In this document: positions 59,083 through 64,000 of the stretch, in pieces
How positions within the stretch are numbered: the first letter of the stretch is position 1
Layout of the letters: the number at the start of each line of letters is the position of its first letter
Origin: Bacillota bacterium
GTDB lineage: Bacteria > Bacillota > Dethiobacteria > DTU022 > UBA8154
Length of the DNA stretch: 64,000 nucleotides
Direction: 5' to 3'
Assembly (NCBI GenBank): GCA_030656575.1
Contig: JAUSPO010000047.1
Location: forward strand, 3,030-67,029
Position numbers and translations under genes: made by a program
The notes under the pieces: model-generated
Seen by the model: only the letters and a program-made list of their open reading frames with translations
Told to the model about the DNA's origin: nothing
The model's database searches: none

Positions 59083-62000
59083 ATGTATCTAAAATCTCTT
59101 GAAATTACTGGATTTAAATCTTTTTCTGAAAAAGTTGTACTGGAATTGTCACCAGGTATCACAGCTGCTATAGGACCGAATGGCTGCGGCAAGAGCAATT
59201 TAGTGGATGCTATCCGCTGGGTTCTTGGTGAACAGAGCGCAAAGTTACTGCGCGGCACAAAGATGGATGACCTTATCTTTAATGGAACTACAAGGCGTAA
59301 GGCTGTTAACTTCGCTGAGGTTTCTTTAACCTTTGACAAGGCGGATCAATATCTGCCCGTAGATTATGAGGAGGTTGTCATTACCCGTAGGATGTACCGT
59401 TCAGGTGAAGGGGAATACTATATAAATAAAACTTCCTGCAGACTGAAGGATATTACAGAACTTTTCTATGATACGGGCATTGGAACGGAAACATATTCCC
59501 TCATAGGGCAGGGACGGGTAGAACAGCTTATTAATGCCAAGCCTGAAGATAACAGGGAGCTTTTTGAAGAAGCTGCAGAGATACATCGGTACAAGCAAAG
59601 GAAGAAAGAATCAAGATTGAGACTGGATGAAATGGACAGGAATCTTTTAAGGGTTGAAGATCTTCTTGCAGAATTGAAAATGCATCATGATACCCTTTCT
59701 GAAGAAGCTACCCGTGCGGGCAAATACAGGGATCTTTCCCATGAGCACAAAGAAATTGAAAAAAAGATTATCTTGAAGCGTTGGCGGGGGAGTAAACTTT
59801 TTGTGCAGAAAATGGAAAGTCAAAGGGAAAAAATAATAAGCAGCTTTCAGGAGAAAGAAAGTCAAGCTGTTATACTTAAAGACCGGGTAACCCAGGTTGA
59901 AGAGTTGGAAAAGCTGAAATTTGAAGAAAATGAGCAGCTTAAAAAAATTTATCAGGAAACAAAAGAACTGAAAGAACGAATGCAGGGCAGATTAAATTTA
60001 ATATTGGAACAAAAAAAGAATGCTATGGAAAAATATTCTCTTAAAGAAGAATCTTATGGAGAAGTGTGTGCACGGATTTCCGGACTTGAAAAAACGTTTA
60101 TAGAAAATGAAGAGGAATTAAAAAGCGTTCTGGATGAACTGACACAATTGGGGGGGAAAACCTCTGCTCTAAAGAATGACCTTAAGGACCTTCAGGGAGG
60201 AAAAAATCTTTCAAGTCTGGATTCGCTGAGACGGGAAAAATCTGAGAAAAAACTCCAAAGAGCAGCTTTGGAGCAGTCACTGGAATTAAATCGGATACGC
60301 TGCAGTGAACTGTTGGAAAGAATTAGTGAGTTTGAAGAGATGCAAAGATTGAAAATGAGAAATTTAGATACCATCCAGAAGACTGAAAATGAAGCTGCAG
60401 CTTCTCTGCAGCGATTGAAGATGAATAAATTTGTACGGGATAAAGAAAATACTTTATTAGAACATCGCCGTAAGGATCTCCATGAGCAAATAGAGACAAA
60501 AAGAAAAATTCTAGGCAGTTGGGAAAAGGAGATAGAGAAAAAACATGCCCGTTTAAAATATCTGAAGGAGAGCGAAGAGGGACTGAGCTTATATACAAGT
60601 GGTGTAAGATCGGTAATGAAAGCTTCCTTTCAAAACTCTGTTCTCAAAGGTATCCACGGAACATTTGCACACCTGATCAGCGTGCCACCTGAATTGGAAA
60701 AAGCTGTTGAGGTGGCGCTCGGGGCTAAAGTACAATTTCTTGTTACTGAAGATGACAGAGCAGCACAGAAAGCTATTGAGTATCTAAAGGTAAATAGGGC
60801 TGGAAAGGCTACTTTTTTACCTTTAAATCTATTAAAACCCCCAGTAAGAAGGGAATTTCCTCTTTCTGACGAGGAAGACTGTTTAGGGATTGCATCACAG
60901 ATGGTAGAAGCAGATGTAAAATACAGGAAGGCAGTCGAATATTTACTGGGTGCAGTGCTGATCTCTCGAAATTTAGAATCAGCACTCAGGCTTGCCCGTA
61001 AAAACAGGGGTTCTTGGAATATTGTCACTCTGGACGGAGAGATGGTTAGACCCGGAGGTGCTATTTCCGGGGGTTACCAACCGGATGAGCGTACAGGCTT
61101 TTTAGGGCGTAAAAGGGAAATAAAAGAATTAGATAGGGAAATTGTGGATGCTAAAAAGCAGTACAGGCAGGAAATTGAGGATATCACAGATTATGAAAAA
61201 CGTCTAGAGGAGATTGAAACTGCTATAAATGCTTTGGCGCTGCAGGAAAGACAATTTGAAAAAGAAAATGTAAAGCTGCATAATGATCTGGAACGAACAG
61301 CTTCAGAGCTGAAAAGAATCAGAAAAGAAATACAGGATATTGAACCGCAAAAAAGCAAGCTTCTTCTTAAATATAACGATCTTATAGATAACGAAGAAAA
61401 AGAAAGTAATGAATATACGTTGTTAGGAGAAAAACTTTCTAATATTAAAGTCGAGTTAGACAAAATGAGCCGTCTGGTGGAGGTTGAAGAAGAGAGCTGC
61501 AAGAGATTGGAAGAGGACTTGGTTGAGGTAAGAATCAGATTCTCAACACTCCAGGAAAAAGAGAGTTCGCTGCAGGAGATCATTCAAAAACAGGTCCAGG
61601 AAAAAGAAAGCCTTGAAATACTTGCCTCAGGGCTGTTAAAAGAAAAGGCCAGGCTGCTGGAAGAGTCCAGACATCTGAAAGATGAAGAAGGCAGGATCGA
61701 AGTTGAACTGGAAAAAGAGAGGGATGAACTGCAAAAATTTGAAGAACTCCTGCACGGGGTGGAAAAAGATCTAAATCATTTTACCGGTGAGAAATCAAAA
61801 TTATCTTTGACATTGCAGACAGAGCAAAAACAGCTGGAAAGGTATGAAAGAAAGCTCCAGACCTTAAATATTGAAATAATAAAATCTGAAGAGGCAGTTA
61901 AGTATCTGGAAGAACAGTTGCTTGAAAAATTTAAAATTATTCCGGAAAAAGTTCTGTCAGATGACTCTTCTGATTCTGAAGGCGAAGAGAAATTGCTGAA

Positions 62001-62640
62001 TGAGAAAAAAATCATTTTTGAGCAAATTTTAGCCATGGGGGAAGTTAACCTCAGTGCCATAGAAGAATATGAAAAGCTGCAAAAAAGGATTACTTTCCTC
62101 GAGGAGCAAAAAGAGGATTTGTTAAGTGGAGAAAAGGGAATGAGAAAAGTTTTAGCGGAGTTGGACCAGCATATGGAAAAACAATTTTTGGAGGCCATGC
62201 AGGTCATTGAAAAAAACTTTTTTGATATTTTTACAAGACTTTTTGGTGGTGGGCAGGCATTTTTGAAAATAACAGAGCCGGGGAATATTCTTGAATCAGG
62301 AATAGAGATTCATGCTCAGCCTCCGGGTAAAAAGTTACAAAATATCTCTCTGCTCTCAGGGGGAGAGAAAGCGTTAACGTCTATCAGTCTGCTTTTTGCA
62401 CTGCTGAAATACAAACCGGTACCTTTCTGTGTCCTGGACGAAATTGATTCATCGCTGGATGACAGTAACCTGGCCAGATTTGTGCGTTTCTTAAAGAAGT
62501 ATGCAGCCCAAACACAATTTATTGTAATTACCCACCGCAGGAAGACCATGGAGGAGGCTGATGTCCTCTATGGGGTAACAATGGAAGAACAAGGAGTATC
62601 GAAGGTTGTTTCTTTAAACCTGAACAAAAAAGCAGGGTGA
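59083..62640 (+). CDS. smc: chromosome segregation protein SMC
   Basis: N-terminal Walker A GPNGCGKSN, long coiled-coils, a hinge, and a C-terminal LSGGEKALTSISLLFAL signature with Walker B. ATG at 59083 follows an AAAGGTGG Shine-Dalgarno sequence. The ORF track begins at 59062. Confidence 0.95.
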   Translation: MYLKSLEITGFKSFSEKVVLELSPGITAAIGPNGCGKSNLVDAIRWVLGEQSAKLLRGTKMDDLIFNGTTRRKAVNFAEVSLTFDKADQYLPVDYEEVVITRRMYRSGEGEYYINKTSCRLKDITELFYDTGIGTETYSLIGQGRVEQLINAKPEDNRELFEEAAEIHRYKQRKKESRLRLDEMDRNLLRVEDLLAELKMHHDTLSEEATRAGKYRDLSHEHKEIEKKIILKRWRGSKLFVQKMESQREKIISSFQEKESQAVILKDRVTQVEELEKLKFEENEQLKKIYQETKELKERMQGRLNLILEQKKNAMEKYSLKEESYGEVCARISGLEKTFIENEEELKSVLDELTQLGGKTSALKNDLKDLQGGKNLSSLDSLRREKSEKKLQRAALEQSLELNRIRCSELLERISEFEEMQRLKMRNLDTIQKTENEAAASLQRLKMNKFVRDKENTLLEHRRKDLHEQIETKRKILGSWEKEIEKKHARLKYLKESEEGLSLYTSGVRSVMKASFQNSVLKGIHGTFAHLISVPPELEKAVEVALGAKVQFLVTEDDRAAQKAIEYLKVNRAGKATFLPLNLLKPPVRREFPLSDEEDCLGIASQMVEADVKYRKAVEYLLGAVLISRNLESALRLARKNRGSWNIVTLDGEMVRPGGAISGGYQPDERTGFLGRKREIKELDREIVDAKKQYRQEIEDITDYEKRLEEIETAINALALQERQFEKENVKLHNDLERTASELKRIRKEIQDIEPQKSKLLLKYNDLIDNEEKESNEYTLLGEKLSNIKVELDKMSRLVEVEEESCKRLEEDLVEVRIRFSTLQEKESSLQEIIQKQVQEKESLEILASGLLKEKARLLEESRHLKDEEGRIEVELEKERDELQKFEELLHGVEKDLNHFTGEKSKLSLTLQTEQKQLERYERKLQTLNIEIIKSEEAVKYLEEQLLEKFKIIPEKVLSDDSSDSEGEEKLLNEKKIIFEQILAMGEVNLSAIEEYEKLQKRITFLEEQKEDLLSGEKGMRKVLAELDQHMEKQFLEAMQVIEKNFFDIFTRLFGGGQAFLKITEPGNILESGIEIHAQPPGKKLQNISLLSGGEKALTSISLLFALLKYKPVPFCVLDEIDSSLDDSNLARFVRFLKKYAAQTQFIVITHRRKTMEEADVLYGVTMEEQGVSKVVSLNLNKKAG

Positions 62641-62649
62641 GATAAAAAT

Positions 62650-63555
62650 ATGTTAGAAAAGTTTAAAAAAGGACTAAGTAAGACCAGGGATGTATTTAAA
62701 AATCAATTTGACATCCTTTTTGGCGGCAGTGAAATTGACGATCTTTTTTTTGATGAACTGGAAGAAATTCTCGTCTCCGCTGATGTAGGCATGGAGACAA
62801 CAACTAAAATTATTCAATCTCTGGATAAGCGCTTACAGGCAAAAAAAATCAGGGAGCGTGCCGCTGCCAGGGAAGTTCTTAAAGAGTTGATGGTGGAACT
62901 CCTTGAAAAAGACCAAAAAACTTCTCTGGCCGCCGCACAAACTCCGCCAACTGTTTTTTTAATTTTAGGTGTTAACGGCGTGGGTAAAACCACTGCTATT
63001 GCAAAAATGGCATATCGCTTTTCACAGGAAGGGAAAAAGGTTTTGCTTGCTGCAGGTGACACATTTCGGGCTGCTGCAATAGATCAACTGGAAGAGTGGT
63101 CTGGATCTGTAGGCGCCGGCGTTATCAAGCACCACGAAGGAGGAGACCCTTCTGCAGTAATATTTGATGCCGTCAACGCTGCTGTTGCCCGGGGGGTTGA
63201 TATATTGATCTGCGATACTGCGGGAAGGCTGCATACCAAGGCAAACTTACTGGAGGAAATTAAAAAAATATCCAGGGTTATCCAAAAGTCTCTAGGGACC
63301 GAGCCTCATGAAACATTACTGGTTTTAGATGCCACTACAGGGCAAAATGGGATCTCGCAAGCTAAACTTTTTCAGGAAGTTGTACCCATATCCGGCCTGA
63401 TTTTGACTAAGCTGGATGGTACAGCCAGGGGAGGCATTGTCCTCGCTATCAAAGATATTACCGGAATACCCTTAAAACTTATCGGCGTGGGTGAGAAAAA
63501 GGAAGATATACAGATATTTGATGCCAGGGAATTTGTTGAAGCCCTTCTTGCCTAG
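62650..63555 (+). CDS. ftsY: signal recognition particle receptor FtsY (NG-domain only)
   Basis: GTPase motifs GVNGVGKTT, DTAGR and TKLDG. 301 aa. Confidence 0.9.
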   Translation: MLEKFKKGLSKTRDVFKNQFDILFGGSEIDDLFFDELEEILVSADVGMETTTKIIQSLDKRLQAKKIRERAAAREVLKELMVELLEKDQKTSLAAAQTPPTVFLILGVNGVGKTTAIAKMAYRFSQEGKKVLLAAGDTFRAAAIDQLEEWSGSVGAGVIKHHEGGDPSAVIFDAVNAAVARGVDILICDTAGRLHTKANLLEEIKKISRVIQKSLGTEPHETLLVLDATTGQNGISQAKLFQEVVPISGLILTKLDGTARGGIVLAIKDITGIPLKLIGVGEKKEDIQIFDAREFVEALLA

Positions 63556-63604
63556 ACGAAAAGATTGTAAAGGCTATTTACTTTACAGGAGAAATAGTGT
63601 ATAA

Positions 63605-63946
63605 ATGTTAGAGAAGATAAACAGGGTAAATTATTTATTTGATTTTTACGGGCTACTTTTGACAGATAAGCAGCAGAACGTTATTGAAATGTATTATGAA
63701 GATAACTTTTCTCTTGCTGAGGCAGCGGAGCATTTAAATATTACCAGACAGGCTGTTCACGATATTCTGTCCCGGGCAGTTTACGCCCTTGAAGATTGGG
63801 AAAAAAAGCTAAGACTTTATGAAATCTATTTACAGAGAAAAAAAGAGGGAGAAAAAATACTGGAACTTCTTTCTCATCAGCATCTCAAAGACGATGAAAT
63901 TAATAAGATCAAAGAAAAAGTGCAACGTTTTATGATCGATAATTAA
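63605..63946 (+). CDS. ylxM: putative DNA-binding protein YlxM (UPF0122) upstream of ffh
   Basis: LTDKQQNVIEMYYEDNFSLAEAAEHLNITRQAVHD is a sigma-70 region-4-like HTH. Conserved ftsY-ylxM-ffh arrangement. Confidence 0.8.
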   Translation: MLEKINRVNYLFDFYGLLLTDKQQNVIEMYYEDNFSLAEAAEHLNITRQAVHDILSRAVYALEDWEKKLRLYEIYLQRKKEGEKILELLSHQHLKDDEINKIKEKVQRFMIDN

Positions 63947-64000
63947 AAAAAGGGAGGTAGTCCCGGGGTCGACCGGGTAATAAACTTGCTGTTTAGTGGA

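Overview
The window is a 64-kb chromosomal segment from a low-GC (about 40-42%) endospore-forming Firmicute, most likely of the class Clostridia. The spore-former call rests on the presence of SpoVS, SpoIIM-like, YtaF, YlmC/YmxH and PrkC genes. The Clostridia placement is only an inference from GC content and gene content. Almost everything is on the + strand and gene order matches well-known conserved Bacillus/Clostridium neighbourhoods. (1) The tail of the dcw/cell-division region: ylmC-nrdR-RNR-like-pgeF(ylmD)-yggS(ylmE)-sepF-ylmG-ylmH-divIVA, then T-box-ileS-ylyA-like-lspA-rluD-pyrR. (2) A convergent rqcH. (3) A roughly 1-kb intergenic region carrying two inverted copies of a GC-rich hairpin repeat, followed by a P-type Ca2+-ATPase. 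(4) The 'ylo' cluster: yicC-remA-gmk-rpoZ-coaBC-(spoIIM-like on the - strand)-priA-def-fmt-DUF116-Zn metallopeptidase (disrupted)-rsmB-prpC-prkC-rsgA-rpe. (5) The riboflavin operon ribD-E-BA-H fused directly downstream. (6) polA-mutM-ytaF-coaE. (7) A small accessory patch at about 45.1-51.7 kb: SLT transglycosylase, two GNATs, PfpI, UspA, a hotdog thioesterase and a convergent acyl-CoA ligase. (8) yceD-rpmF-plsX-fabH-fabD-fabG-acpP-fabF-rnc-spoVS-smc-ftsY-ylxM. I found no rRNA, tRNA or CRISPR array, and no transposase, integrase or phage genes. The most unusual content is non-coding: a family of about 215-255-nt GC-rich imperfect-palindrome repeats whose termini resemble a Shine-Dalgarno sequence (GGTGGTGA...TCACCACC). 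There are three copies, plus a 41-nt perfect palindrome that shares their apical hairpin. A second, smaller IR/heptamer repeat family (ACTACTCAG / CAGGAGTCAGGAGTCAG) is also present. A zinc metallopeptidase gene disrupted next to one repeat copy. rnc has no canonical start codon. An atypical NrdR-linked ATP-cone RNR-like protein is present. I see no clear evidence of a multi-gene novel defence or secondary-metabolite system in this window.
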